Shown here in pieces: positions 26,252-35,809 of a stretch of 64,000 nt of DNA. This DNA comes from Nitrosopumilaceae archaeon (GTDB taxonomy: Archaea > Thermoproteota > Nitrososphaeria > Nitrososphaerales > Nitrosopumilaceae). The DNA lies in NCBI GenBank assembly GCA_965203465.1, contig CBDBCR010000001.1:608001-672000 (forward strand). The letters are read 5' to 3'. The notes below the pieces were generated by a model. The model had not been told where the DNA came from. It was given only the letters and a program-made list of their open reading frames with translations, and made no database searches. The number at the start of each line of letters is the position of its first letter. The stretch's first letter is position 1. Position numbers and translations under genes: made by a program.

Positions 26252-27660
26252 GCGCCAGCGGCGCCCGGATCAGTGGCGACAACTACCAGCACCTGTTCGC
26301 CTGGCTCAAGGTGCTGGAGGCGAGATCTCAAGACATCGAAAGCGTCGGAATCGAAGATCCCGACGCGGAAAACGCGGACGACGTGACGGTGTACATGAAA
26401 GACGGGAGGCGGGAATGCTACCAAGCAAAGTATTCGAACGACGCGAGCCGGCCCGCGACGCTCGAATGGCTCACCGAATCCGAACCGGGCGGGCGGAGCA
26501 TGGTGCAGGGGTTTTACGAGCTGTGGAAGGGGGCAGAGATCAAGCCCCGGATAACACTGGCGACCAACCGGCCCCCGGGCGGCGATCCGCTGGCGGGGCT
26601 GGCAGACGGAGACGACGACACCGTCGCGCGCCGCCTAGAGCACGCAAAACCCGGATCCAAAGAAGGCCGCCTGTGCGCCAGTCTGGCCGGCCACCTCGGA
26701 GCGTCCACAGCCGACACCGTGGCGTTTCTTCGCGACGTCCGGTTTTATTTCAGATCAAGGGGGGAGCTGATCGGGCTGGTCAAGGAACGCATGGGCGCCG
26801 CGGGCCTCTGCAACGACGACGACGCGGTTGCCAGAGGCGTCGGCATTGTGCGGGACTGGACGACGGGGGGCAAAAGAAGAATCGCCAGGGCGCAGCTGCT
26901 CTCTGCCCTCGAGCCCCTAAAGCGCCCGCCCCGTTCTACGGCGTCGATCCTGGTCCAGATGCTCGACCGCGATCCGGAGCCGGCAAGCGCCACTATTTCG
27001 TTCGACTGGACGGATCTGTTTCCGGGCAGCGAGCCCAGGCGCGTGCCGTCGGATCCGGGTCTGTGGAACTCTGAATTCCTGCCGGCGTTCAGGCGGGCGG
27101 CGCGGACGCTGCGCTCGCGACACCACGCGCACGTGCTGGTGCGGGGGTACATGCGCCTGCCAACGTGGTTCGCGGTGGGCGCGGCGCTGGCCGAGGCCGC
27201 CTACTCTGAAGTCTCGTACCTCGAGGGGGAGGAGGAACGGTCGTCCGCGGGGGAGATATCCAGAGTAGACGTCGAGTGCTACGTGTCCGACCTGGGCCCC
27301 GGCCGGGACGTTGCGGTGGGCGTCGCGCTGGCATCGGATCCGTCGCCCGAAGCGGTGAAGTACATACGCGGCCAGATTCCGGGCGTCGGCAGATATGCCA
27401 GCGTCCGCCACCCCGGCGGGGCCAGCCGCCGGGCTATACGGGACGCGGCCGAAGCCGGGGGCTGGGCCCTCGGAGCGTGCGACTCGATCCGCCGCCTCTG
27501 CCAGAGCGGGCCGGAACGGGTGCACCTCTTCATGTCGGCGCCGCGCGGCGTGGCGCTGCTGCTGGGCCGCCTGTGGACCCGCATGCCTTGCACGCAGCTC
27601 TACGAGGATCTCGGACCGGGCAAGGGATACTGCCCTTCCTACCTGTTCCCTGCCTCCTAG
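26248..27660 (+). CDS. cap4: Cap4-like effector: PD-(D/E)xK endonuclease plus C-terminal SAVED sensor
   Basis: GARISGDNYQHLFAW, DDVTV...YQAKY nuclease core; SAVED end VHLFMSAPRGVALLLGRLW...QLYE...Y.P; apparent CTG start overlapping the cap6 stop (CTGA). Confidence 0.85.
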   Translation: MSASGARISGDNYQHLFAWLKVLEARSQDIESVGIEDPDAENADDVTVYMKDGRRECYQAKYSNDASRPATLEWLTESEPGGRSMVQGFYELWKGAEIKPRITLATNRPPGGDPLAGLADGDDDTVARRLEHAKPGSKEGRLCASLAGHLGASTADTVAFLRDVRFYFRSRGELIGLVKERMGAAGLCNDDDAVARGVGIVRDWTTGGKRRIARAQLLSALEPLKRPPRSTASILVQMLDRDPEPASATISFDWTDLFPGSEPRRVPSDPGLWNSEFLPAFRRAARTLRSRHHAHVLVRGYMRLPTWFAVGAALAEAAYSEVSYLEGEEERSSAGEISRVDVECYVSDLGPGRDVAVGVALASDPSPEAVKYIRGQIPGVGRYASVRHPGGASRRAIRDAAEAGGWALGACDSIRRLCQSGPERVHLFMSAPRGVALLLGRLWTRMPCTQLYEDLGPGKGYCPSYLFPAS

Positions 27661-27678
27661 GGCCCGGCGCGCCCGCGC

Positions 27679-28284
27679 TCACCGCATCTTGGCGAACCGA
27701 ACCACGCGCATCGCGCCGCCCGACATCTCCTCGAGCGGCTTGGCGAACGCCGTAAAGTCGCCGTCGTTCGAGACCAGCGCGGCCTTGCCATCCAGTGAGC
27801 GCGCTATCGTGACCGCCTGCATCATTATGATCCTGTCCGTTTTCGCATCCTCGTAGAGGCGCCTGAGCGCGGGCTTTGGGCTGGCCTCGGCCGACTTTGC
27901 GCTTATCCTCCAGGCGCTGAACAGGCGGGCCTTTTTGGCCTTTAGCCACGCGCGCGCCTCGGCGGTGCCCGGCTCGTTGACGGCTGCCATGTGCATCCGC
28001 TCGATTCTGCGCAGCAGGCCGCCGTCCCTTCCTGGCTCTTGGTACATGTCGTATATCCAGTTCTTTTTGGCCCCCTTTACGCGGCCCATCCACGCGATGT
28101 CGTTCCTGCCCCTTCCCCTCTTGTTGGCCTTTTGGAGGCGCTTGAACTCTGTCTCGACGGCGCGCGGGACCACGAGCTTGCCGTCCAGCCGCCTCTCGAA
28201 CCAGGCCGGCCCCCTGCCGATCTCGTGGTACGATTTGAGCACGAGCACCACCGCGCTAGTCTCCATGATGGCCGTCCCGTCCAC
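27679..28284 (-). CDS. PIN-domain ribonuclease-like protein
   Basis: IMETSA (first acidic residue is E), VVPRAVETE, TDRIIMMQA, LVSNDGDF. Confidence 0.75.
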   Translation of the reverse strand: MDGTAIMETSAVVLVLKSYHEIGRGPAWFERRLDGKLVVPRAVETEFKRLQKANKRGRGRNDIAWMGRVKGAKKNWIYDMYQEPGRDGGLLRRIERMHMAAVNEPGTAEARAWLKAKKARLFSAWRISAKSAEASPKPALRRLYEDAKTDRIIMMQAVTIARSLDGKAALVSNDGDFTAFAKPLEEMSGGAMRVVRFAKMR

Positions 28285-28728
28285 CCGCGCGGCCCCGCGC
28301 GCTGCTATTCATAGGTTGCAGCCGCGCCCCGGCAGGGCGGCCCTGGCCGGATCCACAAACTCGGCCGTCGCGCCCGTGCCCCTCCGGTTGAGCTGCGGGC
28401 GCGCCGTGGGCAAACCCGCGCCTTGGGGCGGCTCGTAGGCGGCAGCCGGCGACTCCGCCTGTGCCAGGCCGGCGGCCCGCCATCTGGCAGGAGCGTGGCG
28501 GGATCCACGATGTGCCCGCGGCTCGGCGTCGATTCCCGGCAGTCGGCGCCAAGCTGCGCCCCGCGCCCGCAAGGGCGTCTCGGAAAGGACGGGCCGGCGG
28601 TGAACGATAGTCCGGAACGACGGGCGGATCGCGGGCAATATTGTACAGCTCGGCCTGCTAGGGCATTCTGCACGAACGTTGACGGCGTTGCAGGGGATGT
28701 TTAAGCAGTTCCCGTTCCGTGCCCCTGC

Positions 28729-28860
28729 ATGCCAAAATACCCCGGAAAGGCCGACAAGGCTGACTTGGACAACAATGCCCACCAGCTCAATCCGGAACAC
28801 TCCGCGTACAAGGGGCCGGCCCGGCCGCCGCCCCCAAAAAGCGCCAAGAAAGGCTCCTGA
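28729..28860 (+). CDS. DNxxxQxNP microprotein, copy 1 (43 aa)
   Basis: MPKYPGKADKADLDNNAHQLNPEHSAYKGPARPPPPKSAKKGS; TTTAAG box about 24 bp upstream; homologous to copy 2. Confidence 0.75.
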   Translation: MPKYPGKADKADLDNNAHQLNPEHSAYKGPARPPPPKSAKKGS

Positions 28861-29400
28861 CCGGCTAGCGCCGCCCGGGGCGGGCCCCATCACGACGACC
28901 GTCTGAATCGCCGCATTCTGGCACATGCGGCTACTTGGGACGCGCCAGAGCGACGGGCATCTTGTCGCCCACGTACGGGCGAAGGCGCCGATCCCACGTT
29001 TCGAGCCGCCAGATCCGCCGCGCAGGAACCGGCGTCGCTTGGCAGGCGCGGAGCGCGCCGCCTGCGGGCGCACTATCCGCGCGGCGCCCTGGGCAAGAAC
29101 GGGACGGCGGCAAAAAAGGCGATCGCAGGCGGTGCGTCGGGCCGGACGGACGGGGCGCGCCGCGGATCGCCTGCGTTTTTGGATCCTGGAAGAGGTCGGT
29201 TTCGGGCGCAGAAAAGCGGCCCAAGCCCCAGCGGAAAGAGCGTCCGGTTGTCCAAGTACAGCGCAAAAAAAAAAACGCCGAGTGGTACGATCTTTGATCG
29301 TGCAAGCCAATCCTTGATGGGCCGTGGTCGTCTATCTAGCCAGCACTCTTGTACTGGTTATGATCGCGCCTGCCCGGCCGTGCGGATTCCCAAAGCCCTT

Positions 29401-29487
29401 CTATTCTTGATCTGTAACTACCCAGTACAATTCTGCTATCGTGCAGACTATGCCCAGTATTGCGATCGCTTTTTTCAACGATGTCAT
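29401..29487 (-). CDS. 28-aa hydrophobic peptide or truncated membrane-protein gene
   Basis: MTSLKKAIAILGIVCTIAELYWVVTDQE*; TTTAAA box about 27 bp upstream; T11 tract downstream on this strand (A11 at 29265-29275). Confidence 0.4.
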   Translation of the reverse strand: MTSLKKAIAILGIVCTIAELYWVVTDQE

Positions 29488-29898
29488 TGTGCAGATGTAC
29501 GTTTACTTGGCATTTAAACCCCCCGCTACGTCTCACCGGGTGCTTTGTACGGGCCGCGGATCTCGGCGATCGGGCGTTTTGTGGCTGTTCCGGAAGCGGT
29601 TCCGCGGCCCGGGCCCCCGCTCCGCGCCTCCGGCCGGCAGGTGCGCCCTCGGCCGGCCTTTCCTCGCCGGGCGCCCGACGTGGCGGATCGAGCTTTGAGG
29701 GGCGCGCGCTTTGGCAGCCGGCCGTGACCGACAAGCGCGGCGTCCGGGAAAAGCCGGCCCCGGGCCGCAAAAACCGGTCCGCGCGGCCCCCGCAGGCGCC
29801 GGGCCTCGGATGCGCCGGAATCCGCCGTTCTGGGGGATCCTGCGGCAGCCGTCCGGAACAATGGATATATGCGGCATTCGCGGGCACGCGCCGCCGAA

Positions 29899-30180
29899 AT
29901 GGCGAAGATCGAGATCAAGGCCGTGCACGCCTGCGACGTGGCGGAGATCTTGAGAAAGTACGGTCAGTACGACGCGTTCGTGGAGAACCGCATGGCGTGC
30001 TATGTCTGCGGCAAGACCGTCAACGAGGGCAACATGGCCGGCCTGCGGAGGTCCGGGAACGGGGTGGAATTCGCCTGCGGGGAGGCGGCATGCTACGGCG
30101 CCGTCCTGAAGAGCGTAGCGGGAAAACGGGCCGACGCGGCCGCCGGCCCGCGTCGCGCGCCCGGCGGCAGCTCGCCCTGA
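29899..30180 (+). CDS. Small Zn-finger protein (CxxC...Cx4C, TRASH-like)
   Basis: IKAVH..D, CYVCGK, FACGEAAC; GATATAT box upstream. Confidence 0.7.
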   Translation: MAKIEIKAVHACDVAEILRKYGQYDAFVENRMACYVCGKTVNEGNMAGLRRSGNGVEFACGEAACYGAVLKSVAGKRADAAAGPRRAPGGSSP

Positions 30181-30420
30181 GTAGGCGGCCGGCCCGCGGG
30201 GAAGCCTTGCGCGGGCCGATCCCGGCGAGCGGCTCTTCCGCCGCAATCATTCTGTCGCGCCGGGCGAGTGCAATTCGCGTCTGCTAGGACGCCGGCCCAG
30301 ACCGGTCGCGGAGGCCGAACCGCCCTTCATCGCGCGCAGGATCGTGCACGGCGGGAGGGCGACGGCCGAGGGCCAGCGGACGGTTCGCGGACGCAAATCG
30401 CGACTCATCCGCCAAGCCCT

Positions 30421-30834
30421 CTACGCCCATACGTGTATCTGGTTGCCGATCTTGCCCCCCAGCCCGATTCGGCGTATGAGATTTTCCATGGCTTCCCTGT
30501 CTCCGCGGGGCACGATCACGTGCAGCGGGGCGGGAATCTTGGTGTCGGGCATAACAAGACACCCCCATGCGCGCAGCTGTCCTTCGGCGTGTTCGGTGTG
30601 GGGGCCGGACACGTCCGTCTCTGCCTCGCCGATATGGGTCACTCCCCGTTGATCTTTGCCCAGCAGATCGGGAAACTTGCCGTTTACGGCGTACGGTTTC
30701 GGAAGGCGGCTGTATTTTTCATCAAACAGTTGTGGCGTATCCTCTACATCGATGTGAGTCACCTCGACGCCCTTTTCCTTCTCAAGCGCCTTTGCAAGCG
30801 CGTTGATCAAACTCTGGTGCTTCTCAGACGCCAT
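30421..30834 (-). CDS. Small PD-(D/E)xK-like nuclease-fold protein
   Basis: N-terminal H..LI helix, FPDLLG, HIGEAET, Q helix; CTTAAC box upstream. Confidence 0.6.
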   Translation of the reverse strand: MASEKHQSLINALAKALEKEKGVEVTHIDVEDTPQLFDEKYSRLPKPYAVNGKFPDLLGKDQRGVTHIGEAETDVSGPHTEHAEGQLRAWGCLVMPDTKIPAPLHVIVPRGDREAMENLIRRIGLGGKIGNQIHVWA

Positions 30835-30997
30835 GCCGCTTTACCCACATCGGCAGTTAAGCGTGTTCCGTCGGCAGCCACAGCGACGAGGCACGCGGGC
30901 AAGGACCAGGATTGGCAGCTGTACCGGGGCAAGAAGGAGCGGCGATCTAGGCCGGGCGCCGGCCTCGGTTCTGGAGCGGCGAGGCGCACGGCCGCGC

Positions 30998-31630
30998 CTA
31001 CGCGCGCTTCACCCCGAACTCTTTCATGACCTTCTGCACGACCTCTTCTGCCTCCCTTGGGACGTCGTCTCGTTCCAGATATGACAGGCGCCTTGCGAGC
31101 TCCGCCTTGGGGTACCGTCGCCCGGACCGCCTTTTCCACTCTTCCTGCAGGACGTTGACCGCGCCGCTGCTCCGCCTGCGCCTGTCCAGTTCCTCCGCGG
31201 ACAACCCGAACTCTATCCCGTGTTTTCTCGCCAGCTGCCTGCTGTATCTTGCCAGCATCGAGCTCGGAAACAAGTCCTCAAAGTCGCCGTCCAGAAAATG
31301 GCACTGGTTCGCGGCGAGTATGCCTTCCTCTACGAGTTTGTCAACGTGCTTGCGCGCCCTGCTGTCCTTGTCCAAAAGGACGAAGATCTTCTTTCCTGAC
31401 ATCTTCAGGTACCGGATCAGCGGCCCGAGGTGCTTTGCGTTGCCGCACCCCCCTATGTCGAGCGTCCAGGGGGCCATCGCTACCTCGTAGCCCAGGGTGC
31501 GGGCCAGCGCCGGTATCGCGGTGTCTTCGGACTTGCCCTCCGCGCAGCACAGGTAGTCGCTGTCAAGCACGTCCGAGTAGCTTGTCCCCATGCTGGATCT
31601 GATCAGGTTTTTTTCCGCGCGCGAAATCCC
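30998..31630 (-). pseudogene. C-terminal TOPRIM domain of an OLD-family nuclease, 5'-truncated (ATPase part absent)
   Basis: I..SMGTSYSDVL linker, AEGKSE, IGG.GN, LLDKD (DxD), DFEDLF, YPKAELAR. Confidence 0.75.
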
Positions 31631-31850
31631 CGAATCTGCGGACGATCCCTCGAATCCGGCCCGGCACATAGTGGACGACCGCCAGGGCAGGGCGTGGCCG
31701 TGCAGCCCGGGATTCCTGCAGTACCACCTGCTGTACCCAGAGGACAGCTGGCAGCCGATCAGGGGCGGCAGCAGCGGCGCGATAACGTGGATCGTGGATC
31801 GCGCCTGCAGCATGGTGGACAGGCGGAGCCTCTGGGGGCCGGCGGTTTGA
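31625..31850 (+). pseudogene. C-terminal half of CEHH-type/E2-like protein (BilB-like), 5'-truncated
   Basis: RHIV...WPCSPGFLQYHLLYPEDSWQPIR resembles the C..G..EYH...D.W..R motif; stop overlaps the JAB start (TTGA). Confidence 0.6.
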
Positions 31851-32308
31851 AGATCCGCCGCGTGGACCTTCCGCGCAAGATCCTGCAGCAGACGTTCGAT
31901 TTTCTGGGGGAGCGGGGATCGCGCGGGCTCGAAGCACACGCCATGTGGGCGGGCGCGGTCTCGGAAGGGACGTTCGGCGTATCGGCCGCGATATTCCCGC
32001 GGCAGGCCTGCTTGCCGGCATCCTACGAGGTGCCCGAAGACGAAGAGTTTAGGATCAACAGGCGGCTGAACCGGAGGGGCCTCGTCTCCATGTGCCAAGT
32101 ACACACCCACCCCGGGCGCGCGTTCCACAGCCGCGCTGACGACGAGGGATCCGCGCTGGCACTGCCCGGCTCGCTCAGCGTGGTCGTGCCCGGCTACGGG
32201 GCCGCCGGGACAGACGACCCATCGGCGTGGGCGGTATACGAGCTGTCGGGACGGCGCTGGCGCCGCTTGGGCAGGAGCAGGGTGGAGAGGATGTTCCAGG
32301 CACCATGA
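31847..32308 (+). CDS. JAB/MPN+ metallo-isopeptidase (BilC-like)
   Basis: LEAHAMWAG catalytic Glu region, QVHTHPGRAFHSRADD (HxH-x7-S-x2-D type motif), SVVVPGYG. Confidence 0.88.
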   Translation: MKIRRVDLPRKILQQTFDFLGERGSRGLEAHAMWAGAVSEGTFGVSAAIFPRQACLPASYEVPEDEEFRINRRLNRRGLVSMCQVHTHPGRAFHSRADDEGSALALPGSLSVVVPGYGAAGTDDPSAWAVYELSGRRWRRLGRSRVERMFQAP

Positions 32309-33798
32309 CCTTCACCGCCGCGCAAAAGACCGACGCCCTGATGGGCGCTCTGCTGGGCAGCCCGGCCGTCGGCAGCATGCGCCGCCGGCTCGATTCTTTC
32401 ACGGCGGACATCCGCCTGGTGGAGGATCCGCCCACGCCCAACGCGCAGGTGGCCTGCGGCGTCGCGCTGAACCTGCTGCCCCGGCTGCTCAAACACGTCG
32501 GATACGACGGGCCCCGATCCGCCTTGCGGGGGGTTGTCCCCTTCGCACGTGCGGTTGCTGGATTCGGGGGGCGGCCGGGACGCCTCTGCCACCTTTGTTC
32601 GTGCGCGGGGAGTCTTCCGGGGCGCGCAACGCCCTGTACGCGGGCTCGTCGGGGTGGAGCTCGTACCTGTCCGCGGGCGGCCCGTGCCCGTGGGTTCCGG
32701 CCGTGTACAACGCGCTGGGCGCCATGCACGCGGGGGCCCTGGCAGTCGGCGAAGTGTTCAAGATGCTCGCGCGCGAAGCGAGGCCGGAGACGGCCGCCCG
32801 CCTAGAGTACGATCTGGTCACCCACGGCAGAGCCAGGCAGCCCGTGACCGACCCGCCCGTCCCCGAAATAGTCGATCTGGGCGACCTGACCGTGGTCGGA
32901 TGCGGGGCGATAGGGCAGGCGCTCTGCTGCGCGCTGTCCGCGACCAGGCTGGCGGGCCGAGTCACCCTGCTGGATCCGGAAAATTTCGACGAGTCCAACG
33001 AGCAGCGGTACCTGACGGCGTTCGAAGAGGAGAGGGGCAGGCCCAAAGTACGGCGTGCGGGCCTGATCCTGTCGGCCCGGAGCCCCCCGCTTCGGGTCAA
33101 CGCGACCGACCTGACGTACGAGGCCTACATGGAGACCGCCGACGCCCGCGTCTCGGAGGTGGCAGTCTGCGTCGACAACGTAAAGACCAGGCTCAACGCG
33201 CAGGCCGCCCTCCCGCGGACGCTCTGGAACGGGTGGACGGACGTAGAGCCGGGCAGCCTCAGGTACGGCGTGAGCAGGCATTCGCTGGCAGGCAGCTCCG
33301 TGCCTGGCGTGCTACTACCGCCCCGGCGGCGGCCCGCCCAGCGGCGAAGACATGGAAGCGTCAAAGACGGGGCTGAGCAGGGACCGTATAAGGGAGATAC
33401 GCGCGCGCGGGGAGCCGTGCAGCCGCGGCCTGCTGGCCGAGGTGGCGCGCGGCGCGGGAATGCCGCTGCGGCGGCTCCTGCCCTTCGAGGGCAGGCCGTT
33501 CGGGGACCTGCTCCACGGCGACTGCGGCGTGTTCTCGGCGCGGACGGGCGAGCCGGAGGCGCCGACGCCGGCCCCGCACCAGCCGGCGCTGGCGGGGATC
33601 CTGCTGGCTTCGCAGCTGATCCTGGAGAGGATCGCCCCAAAAGCGGCGGCCCTCAGGTCGCTGTCGGATTTCGACGCGCTGCGCGTGCCCGGGCCCCTGT
33701 GCCTGGTCGAGTCGAAGAGGCACCCGGACTGCTTTTGCAACGATCCGGCGTACCGGCGCGCATACGGGCGAAAGTGGGCCGGCTGGCCTCCGGGCTAA
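32305..33798 (+). pseudogene. E1/ThiF-family activating enzyme (BilD-like) with three +1 frameshifts
   Basis: ATGA overlap with JAB; VGCGAIG, DPENFDESNEQRY, VDNVKTR, PCLACYY, DCG, HPDCFC; shifts near 32530 (G6), 32595 (T3) and 33297. Confidence 0.82.
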
Positions 33799-34206
33799 AG
33801 CGCGAGGCGGGGCTGCGGCGCACCGCCGCTAGCGCAGGCTCCGGCACGGGGCGATCTAGGCGCCGGAAAAAGCGTAGCGGGGCCGCCCGCATTTCCGCGC
33901 GTCCGGGCTCCGAGAACGCGCGGCCGCGCCGGCCGATCTGCCGCCGGAAGGCCGGCAGGGGATCGCGGGATCCCGGGTCTGCGCAGCCGGAGGCGTGCAG
34001 TCTCTGGAGCCCGGGATTGGACGAGATCTGCGGCATGCGCGACGGCGATTCGGGCCGGCCTCGGCGGGCGGCCCGCTCTGCCGTACGGGCGGACGGAGCG
34101 CCGGAGCGCGCGGCGCCTTTTTTCGCGCCCGAGCGATCCGCGGACGCGGCCGGTTACCGCCAAGCGATCGTAGAGTTTTTATGCGGGTCCGGAGGGCTGA
34201 CATGAC

Positions 34207-34314
34207 ATGGGCAAATACGAAGGCGCTGGAGACCAAGCGGATTTGGACAACCACGCCAACCAACTCAACCCTAACAACGACGAGTACGCCGGATCAGCAG
34301 ACAAAAAAGACTAG
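34207..34314 (+). CDS. DNxxxQxNP microprotein, copy 2 (35 aa)
   Basis: MGKYEGAGDQADLDNHANQLNPNNDEYAGSADKKD; TTTTTATG box at 34176-34183; T6 directly after the stop. Confidence 0.8.
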   Translation: MGKYEGAGDQADLDNHANQLNPNNDEYAGSADKKD

Positions 34315-34598
34315 GATTTTTTGACGCGGGCGCCAGCCCACATTCAACGTGCCCGACGAAGGGCGTTTTCCGGAGCTGGCGGTGCCGCGTGATCGTTCGT
34401 CTCCCCGATCTCGGGATTGGCGGGGCGGCCCGGTACGGAGGCGGCGCAGCTGCGGGTTCCGGCGGCGCCTGCCTGACCGAGCCGGACGGAGGCGATCGGG
34501 TGCGCGTGTCTGCGGCGCACGGCGCCGCGTCCTGGGTCGCGTCCAGCGGCAAATGCGGACCCGGCGGGCGCCTCGAGGGCGGCTGTCCGCGGCGCGCG

Positions 34599-35672
34599 TC
34601 AGTCCGGCTGGTCGCGGTCCGGATCGTTGCCTGTTCTTTTCTGGATTATGGACAGGGATTTTGAGATCAAATCCCTCGCGTTGTCCGGCTCGAATTTGGC
34701 GGCAAACCCGGTGACGTGCCCCAGCCTCCCTTTTGCGGTGATGACCAGCTCGCCGAGTTCGCCGCTGGCAGATTCGCACTCTTGCTCGAAGAAGTTGCCT
34801 GACAGATCTTTGACGATCGTAGGCGAGATGGCGATCAGCGTCTTTCCGTCCTGTATGAATTCGTTGAAAACCTCGTTGATGCCTTCGTCCCGGAACGAGC
34901 ATCCTACCACTATGCAGGCGTCCTGCTCCTTGAACTCTTTTTTCATGAGGCCGAATATTTCTGAAAACGGGATCTCCTTCTCGTCGTCCTTGGGGGAGAG
35001 GGTGGGCATGATCACCATGTCTTTTTCGACGTTGGGCCCGTCGCCGATCTCGAAACCCGCTACAATGCCGTACTTTTTGTGCATTTTCCATTCCAGCGAT
35101 CCGTGCAGTTTGTAGAGGCGCACGGGGTTGGTGGCATTCTGCGTATCGAACTCCCCACTCCATATGCGAACACCGTACGAATCATCAAACCCGTCAACGC
35201 AAGTGCAGTCGTACAGGCGGCAGCACGTCTCGATGGCGGTATCGTAATTCGTGGTAAAGACGGTGACGGCGCCGGTTTCCGATCTCAGATCATGAAAGAT
35301 CTGAAAGTGCACGTCATACAATTCTTCATCATGATCGTGCTTCCACCCGTAGTGGGATTTGAGGAGCGATTCTATCTGTCGTTCAAGCTCGGCAGACGAC
35401 GACACAAAGCCGCTCCCCGCGTATTTGATGCCGGGCATAGATTCGCCGCCAAAAACCAATCTGCCCGCGCCGGTTTCGTTAAACAGCCTCACGTCTTTGA
35501 GCGCCTGCAGTGCCTCTTCGACGTCCTTGAACCGGAGCCTGTCCGCAAGATGCTTGTAGAGTCTGCCCGTCTCGGCGTCCAGGCGCTCGGGCAGCAGCTG
35601 CAAGAATTCGGCGGTGGTGTGCTTGCTGAACATCGCCGACGCGCCCGCGCCAAGGAACAGCGAAACCCTCAC
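34599..35672 (-). CDS. SIR2-like (SIR2_2) NADase-family protein, copy A
   Basis: LFLGAGAS, FTTNYD, LYKLHGS, VGCSFRDE; visibly lower GC than the flanks. Confidence 0.9.
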   Translation of the reverse strand: MRVSLFLGAGASAMFSKHTTAEFLQLLPERLDAETGRLYKHLADRLRFKDVEEALQALKDVRLFNETGAGRLVFGGESMPGIKYAGSGFVSSSAELERQIESLLKSHYGWKHDHDEELYDVHFQIFHDLRSETGAVTVFTTNYDTAIETCCRLYDCTCVDGFDDSYGVRIWSGEFDTQNATNPVRLYKLHGSLEWKMHKKYGIVAGFEIGDGPNVEKDMVIMPTLSPKDDEKEIPFSEIFGLMKKEFKEQDACIVVGCSFRDEGINEVFNEFIQDGKTLIAISPTIVKDLSGNFFEQECESASGELGELVITAKGRLGHVTGFAAKFEPDNARDLISKSLSIIQKRTGNDPDRDQPD

Positions 35673-35809
35673 GGCGTAGGCCCCCGCGGCCTGCATATGA
35701 GAATTGCGCCGGAGGGGCCGCCCGGTAGCCGCCGGGCAGCTGCCGCGGGGAGATTTTCGCGGCGGCCGTCCGTAGACGCTCCGGCCCGCGGCCGGCCTTG
35801 AGCCTGAAC

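Noticed and set aside
16826-28984. Shared 14-mer ACGTACGGGCGAAG at about 16827 and about 28970
   Set aside because: Only two short copies with little flanking similarity; cannot be separated from chance in GC-rich DNA
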